Part shown: piece by piece, positions 25,161-39,700 of the stretch | How the letters are laid out: every line of letters starts with the position of its first letter | Position numbering within the stretch: the first letter of the stretch is position 1 | NCBI GenBank assembly: GCA_016748015.1 | Contig: JAAOMT010000193.1 | Location: forward strand, 222,205-286,204 | Source: Geosiphon pyriformis uo1 | Taxonomy: Eukaryota; Fungi; Glomeromycota | Length of the DNA: 64,000 nucleotides | Direction of reading: 5' to 3' | Translations under genes and position numbers: made by a program | Notes under the pieces: model-generated | The model's input: the letters and a program-made list of their open reading frames with translations, nothing else | Databases searched by the model: none | What the model was told of the DNA's origin: nothing

Positions 25161-25725
25161 TAATTTCACTTTGTCATCTTCAAGTTTTGATAGTAATTAC
25201 CGTAATCGATCATGTTGATCTCCAGTCTTTATGTATCCAAATCTCTTAAAATCATAATAAAATAAAAATACCATACACCTTTTCCAAATAAATATTGTGG
25301 TTTGTTAAGCTTCTTTAGTTACTCTGACATGGCCATCATCAATGGGTACAGAAAGGGCTTTTTTTTGCTCAAAATTCAGCTGATGATGATACTTGATATC
25401 TTCGGCTAGATTTTTTGCTGGCAAGTTCTAAAACGGCTAAATTGAACAAGTCGATCGGAAAAAAAAGATAAGATACCTAAATCTTCCAATGATATGCTAT
25501 TATTGTTAGAATCCTGAATTATAAAACATTTGAAAATTTAAAGTAACATTAGAAATATCATAAAACTAGTCAAAAAAATATTCACTTTTCATCTCAGGCT
25601 CAACAACTTTCTTGCGTGATTGCCTTTCCGACTCTTCTAGACTACCAAAGTGAATTCTTTGCTTTGAGCGTTTTGTTTGGGACGACTCAGCCACTCTCTT
25701 TTCTAACTTACTATCAAGAAACCAT
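25160..25725 (-). pseudogene. PRP4: 5' fragment of U4/U6 snRNP protein Prp4 (N-terminus + PRP4/SFM domain); WD40 part absent
   Basis: Exons at about 25586-25725, 25477-25513, 25277-25427 and 25226 downward read RIHFGSLEESER, FEQKKALSVPIDDGHVR, LKKLNKPQYLFGKG, TGDQHDRLR*LLSK. These match the PRPF4 motifs [47 protein letters not shown]. Frameshifts and stops are present. Confidence 0.8.
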
Positions 25726-27844
25726 GGTATAATTTAGTTATAGAATTTACACATGAACTTTGAATTTGTGTAAAATTAAGATTATTTTTGGCAAAAGTTG
25801 CAGCCTGTTTTTATTTAACAAAAGGGTCTTTAATAGTTAAAATACCACTGGCTGACTTTTTATATTCAATTGATTTTCTTAGCAAGTCAACCAATAATTT
25901 TGGCTCAGGTTCAAGATATCATTTAAATTAAGAAAATATTAATTAACAAAATATTTTTTATTAAAAATGACAAATCAACTTTTGATTTTAACTTCTAACA
26001 AATTTTAATGCTAGATTTTTTTTTATTAATTTGGAACTGGAAAACAAAATGGCAAGAGAAACAAAACATTATCCCTTGCCTGTAGAAAAATTTTAACCAA
26101 TAAATGTTACGATTTGATTTTGCATGGCATTGCAAACAGTTTCAAGTTAAAATATTATTGCCAAAATCTTAAATGCTCTTGGAAAATAGAATGATTTTTA
26201 TTATTATTAAGTCAAAAGCAGACATTCAGTTAATAACTTACTTATCTCAAAGCAAAAGAATATCTTATACAGCCTTTGAACAAGTCAAGTCACCAGCAAA
26301 CAAATTTTTTTAATTTGTCCCATTCAAAATGCTGGATTTTTTGCATTAAGTTGATAAAACTTGATCTAGTATCTTATATATAAATCTCAATATTATATTT
26401 AATGTTAATGTTATAATATATAAATTACTTGGAAAAATGATACTTTTTAATAGATTGCAATCAATATAATATTTAATCTTTGCATATATCAATTACCTTT
26501 TTAAAATAACAAATATATTGAATAGATTATGACAACCAGAATTTAAGCCAAAAACCGAAATTTTCAAAAAGCATTGTAGCTATAAATTGTGTATGTTTCT
26601 GATACATATTATATAAATTAAAACAAAACTGAAAGCAAAGAAAAATATAAGGGAATTTCTTATAACTAAATTATAATCTAAAATAAAATAAAATATTTTT
26701 TATCTCATATTGTGAATATTTTAAATGTATATGACATCAAAGCCAAAGCTGAAAATAATTTTGAAGCCATTATTTTATGATTATATAATTATTTAAATTA
26801 AAAAATTTATTCCCAGTTTTTTTCAAACAAATTTCAAATTAATCAAAAATTAGCCTGATTTAAATTTTAAATTCAAACATGCTTTCTATCAAGCATAAAA
26901 TTGCTGTTTATCATCTTTAGAACTTAATTTACAATAGTGAAATCAAAAAGTTGATGAGACCTTAAATATTATGCTAAAATTTGAAAAGTGTTTTTGTTAA
27001 AATCTTTAATTATCTAAGAACCTATTATTTACTTAATATTAAAAATATAGTGGAAATAATTTTGAGAGCTAAAATTTTTATAAAAAAATACATTATATAT
27101 AACTGAGGAATTAATTACTATATATTACTTATTGTCTGTGCACATTTTTCAGCTTCGTAATTGAATGTACATAAATTATTGAATTGATTTCAGTTAATTA
27201 AACTTAATCCAACATTTTAGAAACTTATAAATAACATTAATTATAGTGCTTAAATACTTTTAATTATAAATAAAATAAATTTCGCTAATATAATAATACC
27301 TTTACTTAATATATTTTTAATAAATAATATTAATTTAATAAAATTTAAAATTAATTAAACATATTCGTAATTTTTTATAAAAATCTTATCTACATTTATT
27401 GTTTTATATAAATTAATAACATAACTATGGTATTAAAATTTTACAACATAATTGATTTTGAATTAAATAAAAAGATTTCCAAAATATAAATTTTAAAACT
27501 TGTATCAAAGTATATTTAAGAATATGGATTTTTCTAATCAAAATAATTTCTAATTAAGTTCATTAATATTTTTTATTGCCAATTTAAAAAATATAAACTC
27601 AAAAGTTAGAATTCAAATATTTAGTATCTTAAATGTAAATATGCTTTACACATTAAAAATTAGCTTTAAAAACAAACAAAATTTAAAACTGTTCACATTT
27701 AAAAAAAATTCTTATTTGAATATTACAATTTAGAATTTTAAACTTCAAAATATTATTTTTTAAAAGTGTGTTTATTAATTAAAAACAGATATTTTCTTTA
27801 ATATAATTAATGTTTTTTAGTTGTTACTGTTCTTGTTGTTTTGA

Positions 27845-27846
<2 letters not shown>

Positions 27847-27894
<48 letters not shown>
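27847..27894. repeat. (ATT)16 microsatellite
   Basis: Directly visible perfect repeat. Confidence 0.97.
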
Positions 27895-30800
27895 TTAAAA
27901 AATAAGGATAATCATTATAATTTTAAAAATATAAACAGTATTTTCACAACAGTACCAAATTCAAAAATTATATATTATTGTTTAAAGAAAAAGTTATTAA
28001 TTTATATTTAATTTTAAAGTTTCAAAAATTTAACAAAATTAGGTATTAATCTATCAATTAAATAATTATTTAGATTGTGTTTATAAAAAATATAGCAGAT
28101 ATTTGTCAAGTTTCAAGCTAAGATTAAAATTGGAGCAAAAAGTAAAAAAATATAGTTTAAATGCATATATTAGTTTATTGATTATTAAAAAAAAAAGGCT
28201 TTTCAAAATGATGTGTAAAATAGCACACAGAAAATTTAATGATTTCAACCTGAATTTTTGATTAAGAAGAAAATTGTGATTATCTAAACAACTTCAATCT
28301 AGATGTAAAATAAAGAACAAATTTACCAAAATAAAGCTGTTTTTGTAATTTATTCGAAAATGACTGCAATTAAGTTTTTGGCTGGGATATTAAATTTTCA
28401 CTTATCTTATCTAAAGAGTAATTATAATCTTAATCCCAAAATTTTACCTCATCTAATATTAAATAATGTGACATCTATGTAATCAAAAAAAATTTACAAG
28501 CAAAGAACATAAGAAAATTGACCTTGCAATTATTGTTTAAACTCAATTGGCACATCTTTTGCATTTAAAAAAATTTACAATATTTATTTAGTTAATTCAT
28601 TCGAAATGTTACTAATTTATTTTTTTTATAAATTCATTTTTATCTTAAAACAGCTATATTTATTTACTTTATGATTACACAAAATTTTTATAGAGGTTTT
28701 AAAAAATAGTTTATACTATTGCATAAAAAGTTTTGATATCAAGATTGAAAATCTATCAAATTAAAATAAAAAAAAATAAGACATTAATAAAATAAGCAAA
28801 AAATTTTTTCCATAGTGATCTATGATTTTATTATATATTAATTACTATTAAATTGTCAATAAAAATTTTTTCTTTGAATAAAATATATTTTAATTTACAA
28901 GTTAAATCAAAATTCAGATAACTTTTCAGCATTAAATATCTTTGCAAAATTTTTGATACATTTATTTTGATCAAATTTAATTTGATTAAAATATTATTAT
29001 AGTATCAATTTTAACTTTTAGTTTTTATTATATAAAGTTTTTAATCACAAATAGCTTGTAAAAATCAGAAAATTATAATTTTTTTTTTAATAGACTTACT
29101 TATATGAAAATAAAAAAGAGTTTTTAAATTTTTGAGATCAAATGGTTTCAAAATAAAAGCAATTATTTATTAAAATAAAATCTTAAATGTTTTATTTATT
29201 TGTGCATATTAATTTCTAGTAGAAAAAGCTATTTGGGGTGATTTTTTACATACTGCCAAAAATTTTATGAGAAAAAATGTTTCAAAGGCTAATTATATTT
29301 ATAATTTTACCATATTATTATGGAAATTAATAACAAAAAAGTCTCTTGTTAACAATTTTTTACATAACCACTACCTAATAATTGATATTTTAAATAGAAA
29401 AAAATCTGAAAACATTTCTATCTTGTTTTGCCAAAAGATTAAAAATGTTAATAATAATAACATTAATGGTAAAGACATTATTAAGAAGTATAGTTTTTAG
29501 AATCAAAATACTGCAGAATACAACAACAATAACAACATAAAATATTATTCAACAACTATTTATTTAAGTGTAGTTTATACTATTCATCTTATAACTATAC
29601 AAATGATTAATCTTTTCAAGAGATTTTTTATTTCTTTGATTTATTTATATATTAATTAATGTATTGATTATTTTAAAAAAGCTTATTTATTTACTTAAAG
29701 TTAGGAATTTAATATATAATTATATTTAATTGTTAGTTTTTTTTTATTACTATTTTTATTTTTATTTTTTCTTTCACATCATGTGTTAACATTTAACAAA
29801 GAAAATATAAATTTAACATAATAATACCTATTTTAACACTGATAAAAATATATTTTGTTCACTCTAGTTTAAAAATTTTCTGTTTTATTTAAGGCTTTTA
29901 AGTTCAAAATAGATATTATAATTTAAATTGAAATAAAATTAAACATTTGATAGATTTGAAAAATTGAATCTTTTTTAGAGAAGATTTCAAATACACAAAA
30001 TTAATTAATCCAATTATTTAGCTTTTAATAAACACAGAAAAAATTGGTGCAAAATTTTTTCTCTTTTGTCAATAGATAATATTGTAAACTTAAGCTATTT
30101 AAATAAGGCTCTATAAAACTAAAAAAATAAAATTTATTTATTTAATTTTAAAATATAATATATTAAAACACAGAAATAAATATTAATTTTTTTTAAGAAA
30201 CTTTCTTTTCTATATTTGTCTTTTTTTATCAAATAGATTTTATTAATTAGAGATTAGAATATTTTAACATTGTTTACTATACAAATATTTTATATTCTTA
30301 TAAATAGCCTACAATAATTTTTAAATATGAACAATAAAGAATGAATACTTTAAATAGATTTTTTTAAATCTATGTTGTTATTTGCATTATCCTACTATTC
30401 TTGCATAATTAATATTTAAGGTAATGCTTTTTAACATTGTACATGAACAAATAAACATTAGTATATTTTTAAAAGAATTTTTTCAAAAGCTGAAATTTAT
30501 CGCTTCTGTCAAGGTTTTATTGAAGAATCCAGACAATGTAGTAGTATCAATTAATGTTCAATTATGCAAAATTTGTAAATTATTGCCATTTAAAATTCTT
30601 TTTTTTTTAATCATCATTATTTTTTTCTAACATATAACCAAAATTTGAAGAACTAAGATCACTATTTTAATCAAGAAAGAATTAAACAAAGTTTCAATTC
30701 TTTAATTAATTATCTGACATTTACAATTGTAAAAATTTTAAAAATATTTTCTCTTTTAATTTGAATTGTTTTTTATATAATACAATTAATTTTATTAAAT

Positions 30801-31147
30801 ATCTAAGTAAATAGTTTTTATATTAAATTTGGTAACCAAATATCACAAAAAAAATTAATTTCAAAAAATCAGAAATTCTCTTGTCAAAAAAAACTTTCAG
30901 GTTTTTATTGTTAATAAACAAAGCTATTTAAAGCATAGTTTTAATAAAAAAAATTTGTGAATTGTATCTTAAAATTCAAAAAAATTAATTAACTTTTCAA
31001 ACAATTAAGCCTTAAAAAATTTTATTAAAGCTATTACTGTTAATAAGATTCTTAATTATGAAATTATATAAACATATAAATACATTAAACTTTTGAATAT
31101 AGTAAAAAAATGTCCTTAAATCGAAATCTAACTTAAATATTCTAAGA

Positions 31148-32930
31148 AAATTATATTTTGAATTTGTTTAAATTAATTTAACAAACAATATACTAGCTTG
31201 AAACAATATATGCTAAAAAATTTAGGTGTTTATTTTATTTAATTAGAAAAAACTTGAATTTTGTGTTTCATATATGTTCATAATTTAATAAAATTTTCTG
31301 TTTCATGTTTAGCTTCAATTCATAAAAAGAACAAATTATTAATTATTTAAATATTTTTAATCATGAAATTTTAATAATAATTATTATTCATTTTATTAAT
31401 CATAAATATGATATTAAAAAAATATATAATTGAAAATAATTGCTTTTATAAATAATATTAAATTATAAAACTTGTCATTATTAATAATAAAATAAACTAA
31501 TTTCAATTTTTTATAATATTTGTTTTTTAGTAGAATTTTTAATATTTTTATTAAATTGAATAATTAAATAAAAAATTTACACAAAGTGTTTCAAGATTTT
31601 TGATTTGTTTCTATAATTATGTTAATTAGTAGATATTTATTTTTAAAACTGTTTAAACTTAAAATCAAGACAATATATAATAATATGATTTTTTGATTAA
31701 AAGCAATTTCTAAAAAATATTAAAACTAACAATCATTAATCAATATATAACTCAACTTTAGGTTTTCATTTAAACTGAAACTAACCAAAAGATAATGACA
31801 AGCATGGTTTCTTATGCCTTTACTGTTATTTGAGTTTTATCTGTTTAAACAATAGAAATAAGCAAATGAACCGATGTTAAAATTATAGTTGGCGAAGCGC
31901 CCAATATTAGAACTTTTCAAGCTCTTTCGCAAATTTTAGCAGCAAGATCACCCTATTTTGCTGTAGCACTCTCTAGTAATTGGATTAAAAGGGAAAATAA
32001 TACTATTATCTTCGCTAAACCTAACATTTCTCCTAATATTTTTGAGATAATTCTCAGTTAAGGATTTTGTTTGCTTCAAAAGTATTTTAGCCAACATAAA
32101 TTCATATGTTTTATTTTCCTGCACAGGTATATTTATAATGGCGAGATTTCTCTTGATAAACATGGAGTACCTACAATTTTAGAATNNNNNNNNNNNNNNN
32201 NNNNNAAATTATATTTTGAATTTGTTTAAATTAATTTAACAAACAATATACTAGCTTAAAACAATATATGCTAAAAAATTTAAGTGTTTATTTTATTTAA
32301 TTAGAAAAAACTTGAATCTTGTGTTTCATATATGTTCATAATTTAATAAAATTTTCTGTTTTATGTTTAGCTTCAATTCATAAAAAGAACAAATTATTAA
32401 TTATTTAAATATTTTTAATCATGAAATTTTAATAATAATTATTATTCATTTTATTAATCATAAATATGATATTAAAAAAATATATAATTGAAAATAATTG
32501 CTTTTATAAATAATATTAAATTATAAAACTTGTTATTATTAATAATAAAATAAACTAATTTCAATTTTTTATAATATTTGTTTTTTAGTAGAATTTTTAA
32601 TATTTTTATTAAATTGAATAACTAAATAAAAAATTTACACAAAGTGTTTCAAGATTTTTGATTTGTTTTTATAATTATGTTAATAAGTAGATATTTATTT
32701 TTAAAACTGTTTAAACTTAAAATTAAGACAATATATAATAATATAATTTTTTGATTAAAAGCAATTTCTAAAAAATATTAAAACTAACAATCATTAATCA
32801 ATATATAACTTAATTTTAGGTTTTTATTTAAACTGAAACTAATTAAAAGATAATAACAAGCATGGTTTCTTATGCCTTTACTGTTATTTGAGTTTTATCT
32901 GTTTAAACAATAAAAATAAGCAAATAAACC
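31148..32930 (+). repeat. ~725-bp direct duplication (31148-31872 and 32206-32930) flanking a 20-N gap (32186-32205)
   Basis: Colinear copies that differ mostly by transitions. Confidence 0.92.
31870..32185 (+). pseudogene. BTB/POZ domain gene fragment
   Basis: TDVKIIVGEAPNIRTFQALSQILAARSPYFAVALSSNWIKRENNTIIFAKPNISPNIFEIIL-intron-YIYNGEISL. There is no start codon, the expected donor reads TTAAG, and the fragment ends at the N gap. Confidence 0.85.
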
Positions 32931-33229
32931 AAGCTTTTATTCTAGTATTTCAAATTTCTTCAAGATCTAGTCTTTTTATGAATGTAATTTAATAAAATTG
33001 CAGTTAAAATTTTTACTTATTGGCAAGATGAACTCTTTAAAAATCTTTTTTTACCTCTCTAAAATTTTAGAAATTTAATAATCTATTTTTGTTGCTTAAA
33101 AATTGTGGCTTCAACTTCATTAATTGAAAATGTAATTTTACTCTTTGACTGCTTAAAGAAACATTAATTGTTATAAAGTCTATTTTTATTTCTTTAACAT
33201 ATATTAAAAAAAAATATATCTATTTTCCA

Positions 33230-33706
33230 AGCCAGAGAATATTCAAAGTTGCTGACCTGGTAAAAAATATCTTGTGTACAACCAAAAAACATCTGAAGAT
33301 TATTCAATTGCTTGAATAATAAAAGTTCAAAATATTTAATAGACTATATTTTACTCAGTTTTTCTTTTAAACATAGAATCAAAATTATTCTTAATTCAAC
33401 AAAAGAATTTTTAGATTTTTAGAGAGTTGCAAATTCAGAAGATCTTTTAAGTTAACTTTTCTTAAGTCGTTATCACAGTATTGAAATTGGTACTTTACAA
33501 AATTAAGCAAAAGAATTTAAGTTCTATTCAAAAGCAGCAGAGACAGAACATTTAGATGCACAATTCAATTTTGCATTTTGTTATACTAATAGAAAAAAAC
33601 AACAAAAAATTCAGATAAAGTATTTGAACTCTATTCAAAAGCAGCAGAGACAAGACATTTAAAGACACAATATAATCTTGAATAGTATTATGCTAATGGA
33701 TAAGGT
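33230..33706 (+). pseudogene. Decayed Sel1-like repeat gene
   Basis: KFYSKAAETEHLDAQFNFAFCY...KVFELYSKAAETRHLKTQYNLE*YYANG*G. Confidence 0.8.
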
Positions 33707-33749
33707 TGATTTATGATTTTTAAAACTTTTGTTAGAACTTTTTTTTAGA

Positions 33750-36700
33750 ATTTCACTTTTAAAATATTAACAACAATAATAAAACATATACATATTAAAT
33801 ATAAAAAAATAGCACTAATAGCTATTTAAGCAGCTATAGCTGTAAAAATGGAGATTGCTAGTCATTTTATTGTAAATAAAAATATAAAAAAATCTCTAAA
33901 AACAACAAGTAAAATTTGCTTACTAAAGTAAAAAATTATTTTAAGTAGCCACTTTTTATAGCAAATGATATTTTTTGCAAAAATATATTTTAATATTTCA
34001 ATCATTGAATACTTTTTTGATAAAAATCTGAGTCCTTTTTAAAGAATTGTTGCTTATAATCAGCAGTTGTCTTTTTTAATATTAAAATTATAGTAAAAGT
34101 TATTTCATTTTCTTATATTAAAATTTTTTGTTTATAATAATTTTTTTGTTCAATGTTCAATTTTATTTTTGCTTTTAAAAATTATATTTTAACGCAATTT
34201 TTAATTTAAGTTAAAAATATTTTTTTATTTAAAAACTTTTAATTTTTTTTGAAATGAAGCAAATAAAAAAAAAACAATAAATTTAATATTGATTTTACAA
34301 ATATGTTAAACTTGCATGTATTTTATTTTTTTTAATTTCTGGAATTTTTTTAAAATGATATTTAAACTTACGTATATTAATATTTAAACTTTTTTATTAA
34401 TTGAAAATAAAATTTTTTATTGATAAAAAATTCTCACATTTAATTAAAATTTTGATAATTTTAAATAAATATATAATAATAATTGTAACACAGTTTTCAT
34501 ATTGTTTTCTATTGAAATATTATGTGCTATTTAAGTGTAAAAAAACATTTTAATTTCTAAAATCAATTTAAACTACTTTTTTGATTATTTAAAAAAATTA
34601 AGCATATATTAATAACAAATTTTATTTTTTACAATATTTTTTAATAAATATTTATAAGAACTTAACTCTTAAAATCAAACAATAAATTTGAATTTAGATT
34701 TAATAAAAAAATTTTTTAGAATTAGGTTAATTTTTGACTAAATTCTACTATTTTTAATAATAAAATTATATTATATAAAGACTTTAAAATATTACAGTTA
34801 ATTTAACAAGTAATAGTCTTGACATTAATACTAATAATATTATTTACATTGCTTAAAATATTTAACCATAGTAAATATTTATTTTTATAAAATGCTATAA
34901 AAATATAGTCACATAAATGTTTAAAAAATGTTTTTATTTTGTTAAAAACTTTATTTTTTCATAAAAAAATTTTTATCTTTCTAATTTTTCTAAACAAACA
35001 CATTAATTTTAAAGTTTAAATATTAATTAATACAATTAACTTGACTAAAATTGAAAAAAGTTTTGTTTAATAAGTTGTTTTTTAAAAAAAAATTTAATGT
35101 TGTTTTTTTTTTTTCTTTTAAAATTTTTTTTAGTAAATTTGAAAATAGTTTTAAAGTATTTTATTTTAAATTAATTACAGTTTTAAACATGAATGTGAAT
35201 TTTTATAAGGGACTACAAATATTAAGATAGATGTTTAAAGCTAAAAATTACTATTTATATTAATTAAATTTTAAATAAAAATTCTAATTAGTTTTTTTTT
35301 AAAAATTAAAAGATTAATATTATTTTTAATATTTCTTTAAAGTTAATTTTTTAGAAATAGGATATTTTGTTGTTTATAAATAAAATAATTACAATATTAT
35401 TTCTATTAAATAATAAATATTATACAATAATATTTTTAATAATAATTTATAAGCTTCTCAATATAACAAATATATCTTTTTATATTAAAACTTTCATAAA
35501 TTATAACAAAAAATAATTAACTATTTTGTTATTTACTAATTGTGTTAAATTTATACTCATATTTATTAATATCATTATTAAAATTTTTATTAATAGTACT
35601 CTGAAAATTTTGGCTCTTTTTTTCAATTTTTTATGTTAATAATTTTTTATTTGTTGGTTTAAAAACATATTAGTTAAGAAATTTAGAACAATATAATTAA
35701 ATAGCTAAAATAAATTAATCAAGATGAATTTAATTTTTTTTTACAAAAAGTCAAAATATAATAAATATTCATAATCTTCTAAAAAAATTGGTTTCATATA
35801 ATAAAATAGTAAAATACATATTTGTATTAATAAATTTATTTTTAATGTTTTAAAAAATTTATTAATTAATATTTGTGTTTATAAAATATTATGTATTATT
35901 TAGTCATAATTGTATAATTTTTTAAAACTCTAAATTTGTGTATTAAGTTATATTTTGTATATGGTAATTTAAATTACATAAAAATTTACATAGTAATTTT
36001 AAGTAGTTAAAAATAAAATTTGCAAATAGTCTAAGTTATAATTGTTTTTTAGCAAAAACAAAATTTAAAAATGAAAGGTACTCAAAATTATATATTGTTA
36101 ATTTTATATTAAATAAATAAGTATTAAATTAAAAAGAAAAATTTTTAAAAAACAAATATTAAGAACTAAAATTAATAAAACATTATTATTATTAAGTATT
36201 AACATTATTATAATTGAGATAATTACTTTTATTTATTTATTTATTATTAAAATAGCAAAACATACAAATTATTTAATAGTTATTTTTTAATTATTATTAA
36301 TATTATTTTGAACAAAAAGTAAAATAATTATTAATTTATTTTTATTATTGTCTTTGTAATATTTAAAAAGTGTTTTGTATTAACTATTATAAATTTTTTC
36401 TTATAAAAAAAGCCAAAATTTATAAATTAACTTAATTATAATCTAATATTATTAGCTTTATTTTTTATTATATATTAATATTATTTCTATATTTATTGTT
36501 TTGTAATTTAATTTTTTTGCAAATTATAAACTTTTAAAAATGTTTTGTTAATTAAATATTAATTTAATAACTTTTTAATTTAGCTTTATTTTTAGTTTAG
36601 TTTATTATTATTTCTTATTATAATTATTAAAATTCTAATTTTTACAAAACATATTTGATTTTAATTATTTTTAGAACTTAATTGCTTTTTATTAACTTTC

Positions 36701-39700
36701 AGCTTATAATTATTTTTTAAAGTATATTCTTACTTTAATTATATTATTCAAATTATAATTGGAGTTTATTTATTACTAAAAATATTATAAACAAATTTTG
36801 TTTTATTTTTTGTTTTTTTAAAATATTTTATATAAATTTTAAATATTTTTATTACTAATATTATTATTAATACAAAACACTTTATCAGTTTTTCATAGAA
36901 GTTTTCTAAAATTTTAATTATTATTATTAGCTTTTTTAAAAAAACAATTTTTAATTATATATTTTTTAATACAAATTATTGATTAGTTTTTTACTTTAAT
37001 TTGTATTCTAATGTTAAAAAAATTAATAATTAATTTTATATCTCTCAATTTTAATTCAAATAATTAAAAAAAATATTAGTTTATTAATATATAAAAAAAG
37101 ATTAAAATTATTGCTTTAATTTCTATTTAACATAATAATTAAGTGCTTTTTATACAAGATATTAATTGAATTTTTAAGTAATTAGCTTAAAAAAAAGTTT
37201 TTTATTTTATTTTTTTAATATTACAAAAACTATAATTTTGATAAATTAAAAAAATACTTTTAAAAATTAATAATAAACTTAAAAGATTCAGTTTAGAACA
37301 ATTTTAAAAACATTAAGCTAAAATAAATTATTATTAGAATTGATATTAATTATTAATATATGATTATTACAAAGCTATAATTATTGAATATTAAGAAACA
37401 TCAAAAATTAAACATTAAATTTTTTAAATTAAGCTTTTTAAAAATATTAGTAAATTTAATAATAAAAATTAATTAAAATTCACAAATTACAAATAGTTAA
37501 AATAATTTATAATAGTAAATACTGATTATTTTATAATAAAATACTAACTTTTTTAGACTTTAATACAAATAGACTGTTCAAATAGCTTTATTTATAAAAT
37601 TATATAAAAAAAAATAAAACTTTACAATTATAAAAAAAAAAATTTTAATACTTTTGTTATTATATTGAATATTAAGATAATTTTAATTATAATTTTATAA
37701 TAATACTAATTTGTTAATTTATACTTTTAAAAACAATATGCTTTACATAAATTACTATATAAAAAATTATAAAGATTATAAGTACAATATTTTCTAATCA
37801 CTATAAAATTTTTTAAAAAAATGTGTTTTATTAAAAAACTTAAGATTTAAAAAGATATATCTTAGTGCTTAATAATATATTCTAATAACTATAATTATAT
37901 AAATATAGAAAATAATATAATTTTATTGTTATTAGATAAATTATCTTAGTTATAATTAATTTTTAATTCATCATTATTAAACTGTAGATTAAGATTTATT
38001 CTATATAACAAATTTTTTTTAGTTTTTAAATTTTTTTATTTGAATAAAACTTTAGCTTTTATAACTATATGTACAAAATTTTTTTATATAAAATAAAAAA
38101 ACTTTATTTATACTTGATAATTTTTATATATTAATCAACTATTAATTTTAATATTTGAAAAATTGTATAGTTTTATATTTAATATAAATTAATTTTTTAT
38201 TAAAATAATTTAATATTATTTTACTTTTATATAAATTTTTATTCTATAGATATCTAAGTTTTATTATGAGGTCTAAAATAATAAAATATAAAATATTCTA
38301 TTAGTAAAAGTTTTTAAGATAGACAGCACAATTTTAAAACAATATATAATTAAATTAAATAAAAGTAAATTTATCTTTTTATAATTTGGAAAACTTTATA
38401 CTTTTTGACAAAAAATTTTATTTCTTGATTTTTTGATTCTAATATTATAGCATATTTATAAATAAATGTTTTTCAATAATAATACATAAACTATTTTTAA
38501 AATTATTGTCACTCAATATCAAATTATTATATCCAAAATAGTATCATATCATAAAATCTATTTTCTATAATAAATTTATTAAGCATAATATTTTTAGCTT
38601 TATTATTTTAAGAAAAAAATTAAAATTTTTTTATATCTATTTGCTGTTTTTAAGAGTACCAAGATTGTGAATTAAAGTTATCAATTATCTAACTACTTTT
38701 TTTTACTTTAATTATACTAATTGTTGCTTCTTTATAATTTTATAATCAATAAAAATCGGCTAAAGTAAATTTGTTTTAACTATTTTGAAGTAACAATTTA
38801 AAATAATATTTAAATTAATGTTCAAAAAAGATATTTTTGTTTTTGTCTTGAATTAATAATTAAGCTATTTTATATTATGTAATTAAAGAAACTTTAAATC
38901 AATATTTAATCAAAAAAACGTAATAATTAAGTGTTTAGAGATTTTTAATAGCTATTTAATACAAAATAATAATGTAAAAGATTTTCATATAAAGTTTCAG
39001 ATAAAATTTTCACAATAATTTTACTTTGTAATAAAAGCAACTAAAAATATGGTAAAGAACTAGATTAAAAGTAGAAACTTCATAATAAATTCTATAAAAA
39101 TATTAAAGTTCTTATCTGTCCATAAAAAACTTTTTTTATTTAAATATTTTTATTTATTTTAGTAACTTTTATTTTACAATCTTTTTTTATATTTAAATTA
39201 TTTCAAGTTAAAATTTAAAAAAGATTATTTTTATTAAGAAAAATAATTTTTTGTGAGTTAAAAATTATAGCTGAATTTTTAATAGCAATTTTAATACAGA
39301 ATTTTTGTAACTTTTAAAAAAAATTATGCATAAATACAAAGTGGTAAAAATATTTTCTAGCTCTTTTACATGATGTTTAGTTAAATAGTTTTCAAGATAA
39401 TCAAAATTGTTTTCTAAAATAAGTTTATTAACAGTAGTAAACAATTCTAAAATGGCAGATATTTTATGTTTATTATAAAAAATCTTGCTATTATAAATAT
39501 ATTTATGCAGAAACGTAAAACATATAAATTGATATTGGTCAAAATATCTTGAATTAAATAAAATTCTATTTGAGAATTATTTTAAAAATTTTTGAAAAAA
39601 TTTTTGGTTTAGTAAAGATATTATTATTATTTTCTCTTTTAATTCAATTGTTAAAGAGTATTACAGCAAAATATAATGATTTTGCTGTTAAAATTTAGAA

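Noticed and set aside
29267-30630. Short ORFs 29267-29500 and 30424-30630 (also 44322-44731)
   Set aside because: Low-complexity I/K/N/F/L translations expected from AT-rich DNA, with no recognisable domain.
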